From contig JARDVH010000084.1 in the NCBI GenBank assembly GCA_030324005.1, positions 93,050,417 through 93,114,416 of the forward strand: a stretch of DNA of 64,000 nucleotides, given 5' to 3'. The notes below the pieces were generated by a model. That model was not told the DNA's origin, did no database searches, and worked only from the letters and a program-made list of their open reading frames with translations. Source of the stretch: Negaprion brevirostris (Eukaryota). Made by a program: the position numbers and the translations under genes. Shown one piece after another: positions 12,806 through 26,289 of this stretch (position 1 is the stretch's first letter; each line of letters begins with the position of its first letter).

Positions 12806-13649
12806 NNNNNNNNNNNNNNNNNNNNNNNNNNNNNNNNNNNNNNNNNNNNNNNNNNNNNNNNNNNNNNNNNNNNNNNNNNNNNNNNNNNNNNNNNNNNNNN
12901 NNNNNNNNNNNNNNNNNNNNNNNNNNNNNNNNNNNNNNNNNNNNNNNNNNNNNNNNNNNNNNNNNNNNNNNNNNNNNNNNNNNNNNNNNNNNNNNNNNNN
13001 NNNNNNNNNNNNNNNNNNNNNNNNNNNNNNNNNNNNNNNNNNNNNNNNNNNNNNNNNNNNNNNNNNNNNNNNNNNNNNNNNNNNNNNNNNNNNNNNNNNN
13101 NNNNNNNNNNNNNNNNNNNNNNNNNNNNNNNNNNNNNNNNNNNNNNNNNNNNNNNNNNNNNNNNNNNNNNNNNNNNNNNNNNNNNNNNNNNNNNNNNNNN
13201 NNNNNNNNNNNNNNNNNNNNNNNNNNNNNNNNNNNNNNNNNNNNNNNNNNNNNNNNNNNNNNNNNNNNNNNNNNNNNNNNNNNNNNNNNNNNNNNNNNNN
13301 NNNNNNNNNNNNNNNNNNNNNNNNNNNNNNNNNNNNNNNNNNNNNNNNNNNNNNNNNNNNNNNNNNNNNNNNNNNNNNNNNNNNNNNNNNNNNNNNNNNN
13401 NNNNNNNNNNNNNNNNNNNNNNNNNNNNNNNNNNNNNNNNNNNNNNNNNNNNNNNNNNNNNNNNNNNNNNNNNNNNNNNNNNNNNNNNNNNNNNNNNNNN
13501 NNNNNNNNNNNNNNNNNNNNNNNNNNNNNNNNNNNNNNNNNNNNNNNNNNNNNNNNNNNNNNNNNNNNNNNNNNNNNNNNNNNNNNNNNNNNNNNNNNNN
13601 NNNNNNNNNNNNNNNNNNNNNNNNNNNNNNNNNNNNNNNNNNNNNNNNN

Positions 13650-13725
13650 CGGTTGGACTAAAACCTGGTGTTGTCAGACTTTTTACTGTGTTTACGCCAG
13701 TCCAACGCCGGCATACCCACATCGC
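13650..13725 (+). mobile_element. Retroelement terminus (Penelope-like)
   Basis: gttggactaaaacctggtgttgtcagactttttactgtg...ccagtccaacgccggcat; internal inverted repeat gttggact/agtccaac. Confidence 0.45.
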
Positions 13726-16411
13726 AGATAACTCATACATCGATGCCAGCAATTTAAGCATAGCTGCAGCAAACTATGGATAATTGAATGTCTGGTTTCT
13801 TTGTTAAATATACATTCTGATTGCAGAGTGTTTTCGTACTTTTGGAATGTTTTCAACAAAATCTTACCGTCAATTTTCATAACCACCTATCCGCTACACC
13901 ATCCAGTTCACAAACTCAGGCGTCTAATGTACGACTGACTATTGCATTCTCGACTTAGTGATGATTTGGTCTCAGCTTAAATGAACTTCTCTGCAATGAA
14001 CTTCTATGTTAGGTATGCTTGGCAAAACACCGCAGTACTTTTCCTTTGACTTCGGCAGATGGAAAACAAGAATACATTAATCGCCCACCAAAAAGAAACA
14101 TTATCTAGGCTTAGATTGTCCATTCAAGTCATGAAGTGGCATTCGAGCGAAATGGTTCTAGATCAGAGTCTGGGATGTTACAAGCTGCTCCAAAAGACAG
14201 TTTCATTATTGTTCTCACCATACGTAAGTTATTTACAATATCATGCATAGATTGCCGAACGCAGTCATATTTAGCCTTACTTTTGTTACTGTACTCTGGT
14301 AAGAATTGAACAGCTATTTATTCTGATTTATTTGAATTGCCTGTACCTTCCAAGCTAACGTGCAAATCAGCAAATCGATTATCTCTTCCAACTCCAAAAC
14401 CGTTCTTGTCGTTCAGAAATAAATCCTAACCGAGGCAGCTGAACGTGTTGCACGAATGCCGTTCATGTTGTGATTTGCAACATAACATTCGAGTCACATA
14501 GGTCTTCAACCATTTGACGCTATTCCTCTCTTCCTCAATTAGACTGGCATCTGCTCCACAGTCCCATGGTTCACATTCTGCCCATTCTCCTCCAACCTTA
14601 AAATTTATCTTTATAAGTTTGTTTTAAGACAGGTCTATTGGCTTGGCCACTCGAGGATACAACCGTCTCAACATGCCTTCAGTTTTTTTTTGTTCTAGAC
14701 TACTGATGCCAATGTGACAAGGCATTACTCCAATCCAGAAGTAGTCCGAACATGTGTGCATTTCTTTATGTGTTCGCACTGGCCCATTATTGAATCACAT
14801 CACATTAATATCATTACATTTTTGCAGGTGCTCGTGTCAGTGAAAGTTTGCAGTATGTGAATTGGTTTTGTTAATATGCCATCCTCATTGTTTTTAGATT
14901 ATTGGCTTTATTAGGATATCGGAATATTTTCAAAAATGAAAATGGGAACTATCAAGTTTTAGGAAAAGGCAATTTTAATAACCGAGCTGATGTGTATTAA
15001 TTGTTGCAATGTACTGATTCTACTTCTGTAATTCATACTTTCTCATTTGTTTAAGCAAGTATAAGCAGATGACGTTAAACATTGCAACCCACTGTCATAT
15101 AGCTAGCGCAAAACTAACATGACAATTTACCTAATGAAAATGGTACGATGGGGTAAAACATGTAATTGACTCTGAAAATCACAGAGAAAACGAAGTATAT
15201 GGAAATGATGCATCCGATTATGTGTATCACAAATCTGCAGGAGAACAGCCAACAGCTTGGGGATGGGAATGCGGAGAGATTTCAATTTAGTTTACGTCAT
15301 TTTTTTGCATCAAGTGTATCTTTATGCCCTTTTCATGAAAATGTTTCTCAAATAATTATATATCAGCGACGGAGGTTATTACTAAACTGTCAAAGCATTT
15401 CCCAATGCTATGGCACAAAGAGACATAATAATGTTTGACGTCAGTGTGTGAAATCGTTTTATTAATTAGTCATCCTCATTGTTTTTAGATTATTGACTTC
15501 ATCAGGATATCGTGTACTAGTAATGTGAAACAGTGAACGACTTTTATTTTAGCAAATGAATGATAATACAAAATACCAAAAATAGGTTGTCAATTTTGTA
15601 CCTGGGATTGTATCCGCCAGCTTTCGCTCTGTTATGGCAAAACGGCACATTTTCAACACAGTGTCTTCCTTGTTCTGGCGTAGGATAAATATGACTTTCA
15701 CAACTCATTATATAACCTCTCTGTTCTTGCAGGCGTGCAATTTGCTCAAATCCGCAAACGACATTTCTCTCTGCGGCCACATTTAACTGTGGTTAATACG
15801 CATGCGTGCAAAAGCACATATGCAACGCCATCACATATAATTACAATGAAAAAAAAACACGACTTTCCATTATAAATGATAAGGAAAATATTAGAACAAA
15901 AACTATTCGTAAGCATTACTTTGAAAGACGGGAGGGAAATAGACAGGATAGTCGAGGCACGAAACTAAAGACAGTGGGATTGAAATGGCCTGGATATGCG
16001 CTGACTTGCAATGAGAGATAACATGGAGGGCGGTCCAAGTGGAGTGCAGTGCGAGCTTAATCTAAGTCGACAAGGCTTTATGATCCCGGCCGACAAATCC
16101 GGGAGCACGAGAATTTGCGCACTGGACTAACGAACGAAGTGGTCACATTTGAAGAAAATTCAACGTGCAAGGATGAAAATGCGTTAGTTCGCTTTCACTT
16201 TATATTATCCGACATGGATATGGTGTCGGAAATGTTTACATTAATCTGCTCATTTGTTGTCAATAGTGTTGGCTCAATGCCAGTTAAGCATTGTCTTTTG
16301 AACCATATATAGCCTCTGCTAACTAACCGTAAAAACAGGGGTTTTTTTGCATCTCATTAAACCATACCTACACAGCATTAGATCAACAACGATCTGCAGT
16401 CACAAACTCAC

Positions 16412-16447
16412 CTGCTGCGCTCAAGCGGTATTTCAAGCTCTCAATGT
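16412..16447 (-). CDS. 36-nt phase 1-1 microexon (DIESLKYRLSAA)
   Basis: cttttattccattttag|ACATTGAGAGCTTGAAATACCGCTTGAGCGCAGCAG|gtgagt. Confidence 0.92.
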
Positions 16448-17888
16448 CTAAAATGGAATAAAAGTGATGAAAACGAGTTTCTGAATTCTCCTTTTCCAGA
16501 TGAATGTTCAAGCTTATCAGTCATAATAATAACTAAAATACGTGTGCGAATATTTCACATAGTATATTATGTGGCGTCATTTCGATTACTGAATTCAGCA
16601 CGCCTTAATTCACGGTTGCACTGGTTGTACAGTGTGAGGTTGCGAGGTTGCAGGTTGATTCAGCACTTGCCACCGAAATGGAAGTTCCACTTGATTTGAA
16701 CGGAGCAATGGTAAAATAGTTTGGATCATGGAAATTTGAACACAAGGGCTGCTAACTGTCATTTCCAAAGAAGTTGAAATCTACCTCACCATTTGCGAAG
16801 CGGCAGGAAGTATTTCTGGCTCTGCTGCCTCCGGAGAGAAGCTAAAACTGCACGAGAGGCATGGTAGTGGAAAGTGATTCTCACTCCCTCTTCAGAAATT
16901 CTGAAATCCGTGATCAGGTTGGTGAAACCGAAAAGAGAAGTGTGGGCAATTTATTCAGTGGCTATTTCATTTTTCTTCATCTCGAACGCAAGTTCTAACA
17001 TTTGTTAACCCAGCTGGAAATAACCAATTGTAGAAGGCTCGACATTCTTAGCAAAATTATAGTCCAACTTCAAAATGACCTCTAAAAGCGTATTCGTCTT
17101 TTCGATGCCTCATGACAGCTCCTGCATTCAGAAAATATGCAGTGTGACGGAAACACTACATTGAGCAGATCTGGTGATTGCACTTCTGTAATTTCTGACT
17201 ATGTACTCACGCGCCACGTTGGAACAATAACATTCCAAGCGTACAAAACATTGAGTTTTGCGACTGGTAACAATTATCAATGTTCGATATACGCAGAGTT
17301 TTTTTCACGTTTGCTACCAAAATAACCTCGATAGCCTCTTCGTTTCTCAAATGATGGTGGCTAATTCACAGAGACGTTAATGGTTGCAACTGTTGGCTGT
17401 TGAAGAATTGCCTGTGTAATTTGAGGAGACCGAAAGTTCCAACGTACCGTTAACGATCCATAATTGAAAATAGGGGTTGTGGTATTACTAGGGAAGAAGG
17501 ATGTATGATGGCGGTGCTGTCTGGGTGTGTGCGTGCGTGTGATCAATTGGTTTCTCTTTGAAGTGAATATCCGAGTTTACCAATGAATATCCATTTATCT
17601 CGTCCTTACGCATGCAGCGGCTTTTTTCAAGTTTACTCTGATGTTTTGCTGACACTTAGAACAACATTTTTGAGTAGTTTGCTATTAATCTTGATATGTG
17701 TGACTGCAAATGGAAGGTTTTATTGGCTTTTGTAACAGAAATGCACCCCCACGGTTTCGGAGCTGGAATTATAAAATCATTACTGTACATAAATCATCCA
17801 ATTGTCCCTTAAGAAGATAGAATCCCAATTATCTTTCAATTTCAATCACGAGTCAGATACAACACTCGTCCGTTGCTTCACAGGGTAC

Positions 17889-17915
17889 CTTTATCTTTGG
17901 CTTTCAGTGCGTCTT
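17889..17915 (-). CDS. 27-nt phase 1-1 microexon (EDALKAKDK)
   Basis: tttttccttttgacaaaacag|AAGACGCACTGAAAGCCAAAGATAAAG|gtaccc. Confidence 0.88.
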
Positions 17916-18049
17916 CTGTTTTGTCAAAAGGAAAAACACATTAGCGTTCGCAAATCTTTCAGTATCACAATGCAATAGTTGCAAGGAAATTCTTGGCATG
18001 ATCAAATAGTTCACATAACAAACAATCACACAAATCCACATTCAGAAAT

Positions 18050-18165
18050 GCCGGAATGATAGGAAGTGGGATAGCTTGATCTTGGTTTCGGACATAGCTC
18101 GGCACAACATCGAGGGCCGAAGAGCCTGTTCAATGCTGTACTGTTCTATGTCCTATGTTCTATGA
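18050..18165 (+). mobile_element. CR1/HER1 3' tail
   Basis: gagggccgaagagcctgtt...tgctgtactgttctatgtcctatgttctatg. Confidence 0.7.
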
Positions 18166-20659
18166 ATACATTTGCAGAATTACAATAGTTTACTTGGCTC
18201 AAGGCTGAAGTTTTGAAGTGCGTTGAGCTCCATGTTGGCAACATGTTTATTTATTTTAAGAGATTAATGTTAGCAGTGTAAGTTTAGATTTTTTTTTAAA
18301 ATGATGGACGTGATATACCTCATCATAAACTAAACCAGATAAATGGGTCTCATATCATTTTTAGTTAGCAATAGACATGGGCACAATCAACAAATTAACA
18401 GTCTGCCTAGGGAAATGTATTACAATATNNNNNNNNNNNNNNNNNNNNNNNNNNNNNNNNNNNNNNNNNNCTAACCATTGTAAGACGTCTGCATCATCAC
18501 CAAATATAAACTGTTCTTCATTTTTTTTTTTAATTACTTGGCAGAAATGGGCTGGGAATCCAAAAATTAAGAGTAATATGGCCGAGGCACGGATTCGAAA
18601 CGGTGCAAGCTGGTACCATATTGGAAAGAAACAATAGCAATTCAGAAAGAAATGGGGAGCGGACCACATAAACTTAACCAAACTGTAATTTGTTAACATC
18701 AATCAGTTGAACTAATAACTGAGATGTTTCGTAACTATCCACAGTCGCCAGGTCAGTGTGAAGGAAAACGTGTCATGATTCTCGAAAAAAAAACATGCAT
18801 GCAAAGAATGGACTCCCTTTGGTCAAGCTGCTGTTCAGTATTTCAGTAATCAGAATGGCAATTCTAATTGCTAAATTATGGAAGTCGATGAAGTTTTCTT
18901 CAGGTATGCATGCCCTGGAATTGAGAATTGAGACAGGAACATTACGAAGAATAAATTGTATGAAACACTGCGAAAGTAGGAGTCACAAACATTCATTCCC
19001 GAGTACCAGTGAATTTTATGAATCGTAACGAAACGTCGGCTCGAGTGTGCACACACAACACTTTTCACCAGTTCGAACTGGGAGATAAGGGAGATGTAGA
19101 AACGCATACATCATGGAAAATTCAAACATCATGAGGATGCACAGGTGCCACTGTATCCTTCATTCTGCTTGTTGTTATTTTTTACAATTCAAAGGCAATC
19201 AGTGAAATAGTAAGTGTGTTGAAATTTAAGTGCGGGATATGACCAGTGTTCGCCCATGTTAAAGCTGTCAAAAAACGTAACCATAACATGAATGACGAAT
19301 TGAAAAGAGGTACTCAGGGGAAAATGTAATGGCGAAAAATGCAGTATCACCAGGACGAGTATCTCTCATTTCTATCATACCTCATTTGCTTGATTACGAC
19401 AGACAAATAGCAATAAATGGTCTGATGGTGCAGGAAGAGCTGATCTATGTTTTCAGACTGTACAGAAGTTTCAAATAAATCAACGGAATAAGGGGAAAAT
19501 TACAAACACGTAGGTAATTGAGAAATAACTATCATAATGAATGTGGATGATAAATATTTCACATTACAGGAGTGAGTATAAGCCAAATATTCAAATTGAT
19601 CAACCTACAATTTTAGTGGATTAACAATGAAGACCCAAATTTATTTTCCACAAGTTAATTTTCTGCTTGAATTAAGTCCGGTATCAAAGTCTGACGAAAC
19701 CGCATCATTTAATACCCGTGCTAGATGTGTGAATCCAGAAGGATTCTCGTGATCTGCACGAACACAGATATTGGAAATGATCTTGCAGAAAACAGCGCAG
19801 ATACTTATACTAGAAATTAAAAAAAAAAAGTTCTGACTGCAATGCAAAACTGGTTGGGAAAAATCTTGAGGATAGGGTGTTTCAAAACGAACCATAGGTG
19901 CACAGTTAAAACGTGGACCACGCGGATCACTCAAAAATACCAGTTGGGCATTGCAAATCACGGCACGTTTTCATTATCAGAAGAAGAAACAGCTATCAAT
20001 GCAATTCCCCAGTTAAAGTGACAGGCATGTGCTTTTCCCTTTTCAAGTGCAACGACAGGTCATTTCCTGTACTCGCTATCTCGCACCAGTATGAAAGATG
20101 CTTCGAAATAAATGTAGAATATCCTCCTTCAAAAATTCACGGCAAGAACATGCAATGCAAACAAACTGCGGTAAGATAACCTAGATGAATAAAAAGGAAG
20201 TACCTTGCAGGAAAGACCTTGGGATGCAGTAAAACAGCGATCCTTATTCATACTCATCTCTGCTTTAACTCTTGGGTCATAACGGATTGAATTCAGAGAT
20301 CAGAAGACAACACACATGTATGCACGGCTGCAGAGGTGGAGCAGTGTGAAGGCTGTTTTACATATTTGTGGCTTTCAAGCAGACTGTTGCGGAAATATAT
20401 CGCTTATAAAGAGGGTCAGGATGAATAATGCTAGTGTTAGGAATTTAAGGCAATGGTTTTACTGAATGTTTAATTGGCTTGATGTTGAGGCTTATAAGGT
20501 AACATATCTCGTTCGCTCCGAAGGCAGAAAGTTAGCAGACTGCAGAGAAGACCAAAACAGCAACAGAAACAAAGTCATCGATTTAAGCTGTGCGCAACAT
20601 CCTACAGAAATCTCAGTACCCGAAAATGCATGTGAACTGCGGACACAATCTGTAGTTCC

Positions 20660-20925
20660 AAAGAACAAAGAACAATACAGCACGGGAAAAAGGCCCTTCG
20701 GCCCAACGAGCCCGTGCCACCATTTTAACATTATGAGTGTCCCCCTCTTTCCCATGACCTTTGTCTACACCTATTGGGGAAGATTGAGGGACGACTCATT
20801 TAGGGACAATTTGTTACACCAATCAGCCTAAGAGCACGTTTTGGGGATGTGGGAGGAAACCGGAGCACCCAGAGAAACCCCACGCAATCACGGGGAGAAT
20901 GTGCAAACTCCCGCAGACACCGGCC
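20660..20925 (-). mobile_element. HE1-type V-SINE, 5'-truncated
   Basis: V-domain gtgggaggaaaccggagcaccc...ggagaatgtgcaaactcc plus a LINE-derived tail at 20660-20710. Confidence 0.75.
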
Positions 20926-21185
20926 CAATCCATGTAGCTGCACAGAAAACAGTGATAGTCACTGAGCTGTTGTCAGACAGATTGTCTGACAACAGCCCGT
21001 CAGATTGTCCAGTTTAAGCGTACACTAACGACGTGAAGCACAAGGCAACCCTCGAAGCAGCATCCAAGAGCAGCCCTCGCTCGACNNNNNNNNNNNNNNN
21101 NNNNNNNNNNNNNNNNNNNNNNNNNNNNNNNNNNNNNNNNNNNNNNNNNNNNNNNNNNNNNNNNNNNNNNNNNNNNNNNNNNNNN

Positions 21186-21915
21186 CGCCCCAAAGCACTT
21201 GATCTTTATTTAGAAAAATCTCCTGTACCCCTCCATCTCTAGTCCGCTCATGTGCCTGTCTAAGTAAGCCTTAAAAAAACCCTAGCGTGCCTGCCTCCAC
21301 CACCCTACTTGGCAGTGCATTCCAGGCCCCCACGACCCTCTGTGTGAAAAACTCCCCTCACCCAGAGCCCGTGGTCCCTCGTAATTATTGTATCAGCCTA
21401 GGAAAAAGCTTACCACTGTTCGCTTTATCTATACCCTTCACAATCTTATACATCTCTATTAGATCTCCCCTCATTCTCCGCGTTCCACTGCTACTCTCCT
21501 ATTACGAATCCAGTTCTCAATCCATCTAGACACCTGCCCTTGTATCCCATGATCCTTAACCTTTTCCACCAACTTACCATGAGGGACTTCGTCAAACGCC
21601 TTACTGAAATCTATGTAGACGACATCCACGGCTCGTACTTTGTCTACCGTTTTTGTCAACTCCTCAAAACATTCTACCAGGTTCGTAAGGCACGACCTCC
21701 CCTTTACAAATCCATGCTGCTTATCACTAATCAAATTGCCACACTCCAAATGTTTATACATCCTATCCCTAAGAATCCTTTCCAACAACTTCCCTACCAC
21801 TGACGTCAAACTCGCCGGCCGATAATTACCCGGGGTATTCCTACTACCCTTTTTAAACCACGGTACCACGTTCGCTATCCGCCAGCCCTCTGGGACCTCA
21901 TATGTGTCCAAAGAA
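21186..21915 (-). mobile_element. CR1 LINE fragment (RT and 3' part, internally deleted)
   Basis: ORF 21471..21950: VPEGWRIANVVP.FKKG...NYRPASLTSVVGKLLE...QHGF.KGRSCLTNL...YIDFSKAFD. Confidence 0.92.
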
Positions 21916-24455
21916 CAATTCCGATGCATATTTATTTGTTTCTCTCCCACAGAGTCTTCTGCGATTTTTTTTTTCCGTCTCCAAGCTTATGTCATGGATT
22001 CCAGGTGGATGCATACAGATTATGTGAATATAACTGATGAAATGTTGAAAGTGCCAAAACATGTTCTTAATACATCTGTAACGCCACACATGAGCCTTAA
22101 TCACTCGTAACCCGACCTCCTGTCTGTCACACTCCTGCCATTCAGGCATTCATCTGGCATGGGATTCATTTTTTTCCATTTGGCCTTGATATAAAATATG
22201 CCTTGATAATGAAAACAAAATCAAAGGAGACATGTGAAATTCAGCTACTGAGTTTATGAACCCAATGGTCAACGGATAGGATTAAAGGGCGCGAGCATGT
22301 AAAATTGTGTGGATTACCTGAATAAACACTGGACACCAAAAGTGACATTTACTTCAGCAGATTTGTGATAATCGATCACTGGAGCAGGTGACCTATATTA
22401 GGCCATTGCTATGAGCAGAAAGAACAGGAGGGAAGGTAAAGAAACAACAAGATTAGCAAGTGAATTTATGGCCAATACATTGGAATTGCTTAGCCAGGCT
22501 ATCCGATCCAGGGGAGCGACGGAGCCAGGCTATAAAATAAGCTAGAATGGATGTTTTTGGCCAAATGATCCATATGCTCCTCAAAGTTTTGTTCACGTGC
22601 GAATGAAGGAGGCTGGGGAAGGTTGATTAAGAAGATGTCCTCAAATGAAGAAGTGAAGCCAGGGTGTTCATTCAAATTGAGCATCATTTTGGAAAATTAA
22701 ATTGTTTTTGAAGTTGAAAAGTGGAACATTTGTTGCTGAAAATAATGCATTCAATGTGACGGAAAAAAAATTCAATCTCGTTCTCGAACATTGCGTTGAA
22801 AAACTCTACGGCTTGGACATGAATAAGGGGAACTCCAGTCATAAAAAGGAAATTGTCAAAGCTTAAAAATCAGGCTATGCTGTACTTGGGATGTGAAACG
22901 CGTTTTGCTTTTTTTTTGATGCTGTTACGGCACCTTGAAACTTGACGATTGGGTGAGAAGTTGTAAAGCCAAAATAATTTCAAATGAGGAATCATCGTGA
23001 CAAACTTAAAGAGAAATGTGCAGTGCTTGCAAAAAGAGAACTACTAAGGAAATCTGCAATCCTAAATTCCACAAAGGCACCGTATTGTCAGCAATCTTTC
23101 CAAGTATTATCAAGCGTCACGTAGATTTCCGAACACTGGGAGATAAATATAATTGGATGTGAGATTATATCAAAAAGATCCTGCGAAAGGATGTCATTCT
23201 GCGTTAAAGAGTAGTTGATTTTTATCTATCAAATCTACTAACTTGGTTTACTGGCCACATTAACAACAGTAAAGACAAGTGACAGTTCAGCCCAGAAAGT
23301 TTGCAATAAATCAAGTGGTCCAGTCGTCACACATGTTATCTGCGTTGAACGTGGAGGGTGCACGGAGTTGCTTTGTGCAAATACATTTTCAATTGTGAGA
23401 AAAAAGGAGGAATCAAGTCAAAATTAATTATTTCCACATGTCATGAAATAGTATCTATTTCATTTGATTCAATCCTTGAATTATGAATTTCTGTTGGACC
23501 AAAATTTCGCTGGTAGTCGAAATGTATGAATTTCACAATCTATACCTTCCTCGCTGAACAGCATTACACTATTAAAAATAAGAAGCACAATTGCAAACAA
23601 CTGACCAAATACTTGCAAATTATCCAAGGGGACACTCGCCATAAAGAATTAGAGGGATCACTGAGGAGCTGTCATGAGAGATGACAGGAAAACAGCATTA
23701 GGTTAAGCCAACGAAAAGATGAAACCCAAGTTGTCTTTGTGTGTGTTGTGTAGAAAGATAACTGAAATAAAACATTAAATGAGCAAAGTGAGCCAGCTGC
23801 TGCGAGATGCAGGGGANNNNNNNNNNNNNNNNNNNNNNNNNNNNNNNNNNNNNNNNNNNNNNNNNNNNNNNNNNNNNNNNNNNNNNNNNNNNNNNNNNNN
23901 NNNNNNNNNNNNNNNNCAGGGGAATAAATTGTCCTGCATCATCCAATCTTCAGGTTATCCTCAGCGATTTGTTTTTCATTGGCAAACATGACGAGAAAGA
24001 AGTTGAGACTACAGTACACAGGAAGAAAATATGAATCTTCATTTTAATTAACAAAACAAAACTTGGCATGCAGACAGTGAAATGAGCACTATGCCGCTTT
24101 GGAGGATTTGTTGAAAACATCGGAAAAGGTGATATTTCGCAAAAAATAAGGAATAATAGAATTTATTCACTCAAGATAATGAATTAAACTTCTGAAGTGT
24201 ATCAATCCTCACTGAGGTTTAAGCAAAGGGACAATAACAGGAAGGCCTTTGTCACTGAAAATTTAGATGACGCTGTCAAAATATGGTTATGGAATTTGAT
24301 TAACTATACGTAAATGAAACAGCAATGAAAACAGACTGATATTCGGATAAAACGTTGGTCGCAGTAACTTGAACTCTGCTTACGTGCTTGGATGTGTAAC
24401 AAAGTAATATAAAATGCAATAAATAATTAATGAATTGTACAAATATCGAACTCAC

Positions 24456-24491
24456 CTGCGTCTTTCAGCTTGTATTTAAGTCTGTCAACCT
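24456..24491 (-). CDS. 36-nt phase 1-1 microexon (EVDRLKYKLKDA)
   Basis: gtcattttactttag|AGGTTGACAGACTTAAATACAAGCTGAAAGACGCAG|gtgagt; peptide visible inside ORF 24427..24780(-). Confidence 0.92.
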
Positions 24492-25254
24492 CTAAAGTAA
24501 AATGACAATGGTAAGAACTGGAAACATGTTTCACCCTGTGAAGTTGCATCCTGCTGTGGAATATGTGTAAGGAGCTCGGGGAGTGATATTTGGCTGGCAT
24601 ATGTGTGACATTTGAATTGTTCCATAATTTTAGGCATCTTAATATTAACATAATATTGTTTCCATTAAGCATGCGATCAACAGTGTAATCTCGCATGCGA
24701 AAGCCAACTGTTTGCTCAACGCACTCAAACTGTGGTTGAGTTTTGGTGCTTGAGAAATTTAGGCGATGGGGAGTAGACAATAAAATGGATTGAACAGAGT
24801 GTCGGATGTGACCGTCTTTAACAAGGAAGTAAACTCAATGTGCAGTGCAGTTAGCTACTCTTCCTAGTCATAATTCATAATGCTCTTCGAAGCTAACTTA
24901 ATCCAGTGAAAATAAAAAGCTGGAAAAAGGTGACAAAATGTCGCAGTCTGCGACTACCACTTCCACATTACTTCATAAATCGAATAGTTATGCTATTGTT
25001 TCTGGTCAAATCCATTTACAGGAATTAAACGTTTGTTGATGTGATCCGTACCTATCCCAAAGAGAGTGTATGTTTTGAGTAGCGCTTTGTTAACTGTGAC
25101 GTATGCATGTTCCATCTGTTTGGGGTATGTTTACTCTTATTGCCAGGTTTCCAGATTCTTACAAAGTCAATTTTCATAAAGAGGAAAAACGAGTTATTTT
25201 TTTTTCACGCAAAATGAAAGTGGTGATGATGCGGCCATTTATTTCAGTAAATAC

Positions 25255-25281
25255 CTCGGTCTTTATATCTGCTTTCGTCCT
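25255..25281 (-). CDS. 27-nt phase 1-1 microexon (QDESRYKDR)
   Basis: cattttccacaacag|AGGACGAAAGCAGATATAAAGACCGAG|gtattt. Confidence 0.88.
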
Positions 25282-26289
25282 CTGTTGTGGAAAATGCAAC
25301 ACAAATGTAGATGTTAAGGCATTGCTTTACACGTTAATAAAATCGCAGCAATGAGAAGAATTGATTCCTTGTCTGTATTCCCAAGGAACATTTACGTTTA
25401 TCATTATTTTTATTCATTCTTCGTTGAGACGTCTTTTTTTTCAGATAGCCATGACACTCGCATCGAAATATAACTTACTTCAAAATGTAAAAAAAAAACT
25501 TTAACGATACTGTTGAGTTACATAAAATAGATTAGCCCCATGTTGCTTTGCCATACGAAACTCAGAGGTTCACTTCGATTTCGAAGGCGAACATCCAAAC
25601 AAACACTCATCAAGCACTGTATCAACAGTTGTTAAACTAAAACGTGAAATTGACATAGATATTGGTGCGTCCATTTTGTAGGGAAGTATCTGCTCAAAGT
25701 CATCTGCCAGTGATGCCTCTACACACTCATTTGATGATATTCGTGAAGTTAATTGTGATTGTTAATCAGGAATGAATAGTCCTGCTTTTATCTTTTGAAT
25801 GCTAGCTTATTGTACGAAGACGAGCGATATCAGTAGGTAATTGTATTAAGCATTGCATACTTTAAGAAGAAAATAACAACTGTTAAACGTAGTGAAAAAA
25901 GAAATGAATGCTTAATCATTGGCTATTGGATAAAATTGTAAGTCAGCTGAAAGAAGAAGTTGTACTATGTACCCAAAAACATGAAGATAGGGCAACGTAA
26001 AATAAAACTACTGATCTTGGTTTGACAACATGAGCGATGTCAAAGAGGCTGGAGAGTAGTGACGGAATGTAGCGATGGATGTCATGGCAATTTTGCATTT
26101 GTTTTGTTTCCGGAGGAATGGATATCGAACTCAAATTCAATTAATTGAAGAACAACAGTATAATACTGTAAATACTCAGCAACACAATGGGACTCGGAAA
26201 TGAGTGTGTATAGACAACACGTTCACACAAACATAATGACTGTATCAGTAAAGTAGAGGCATGAAAAAAATGTAAACTCATTAATTGTA

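Noticed and set aside
12658-13783. Long ORFs of 250-360 aa here and at 43185-44321
   Set aside because: Almost entirely N-runs translated as X; assembly gaps
16790-16841. 52-nt minus-strand segment with AG and GTGAG ends
   Set aside because: Would shift the frame between two well-supported modules and has no homology to them
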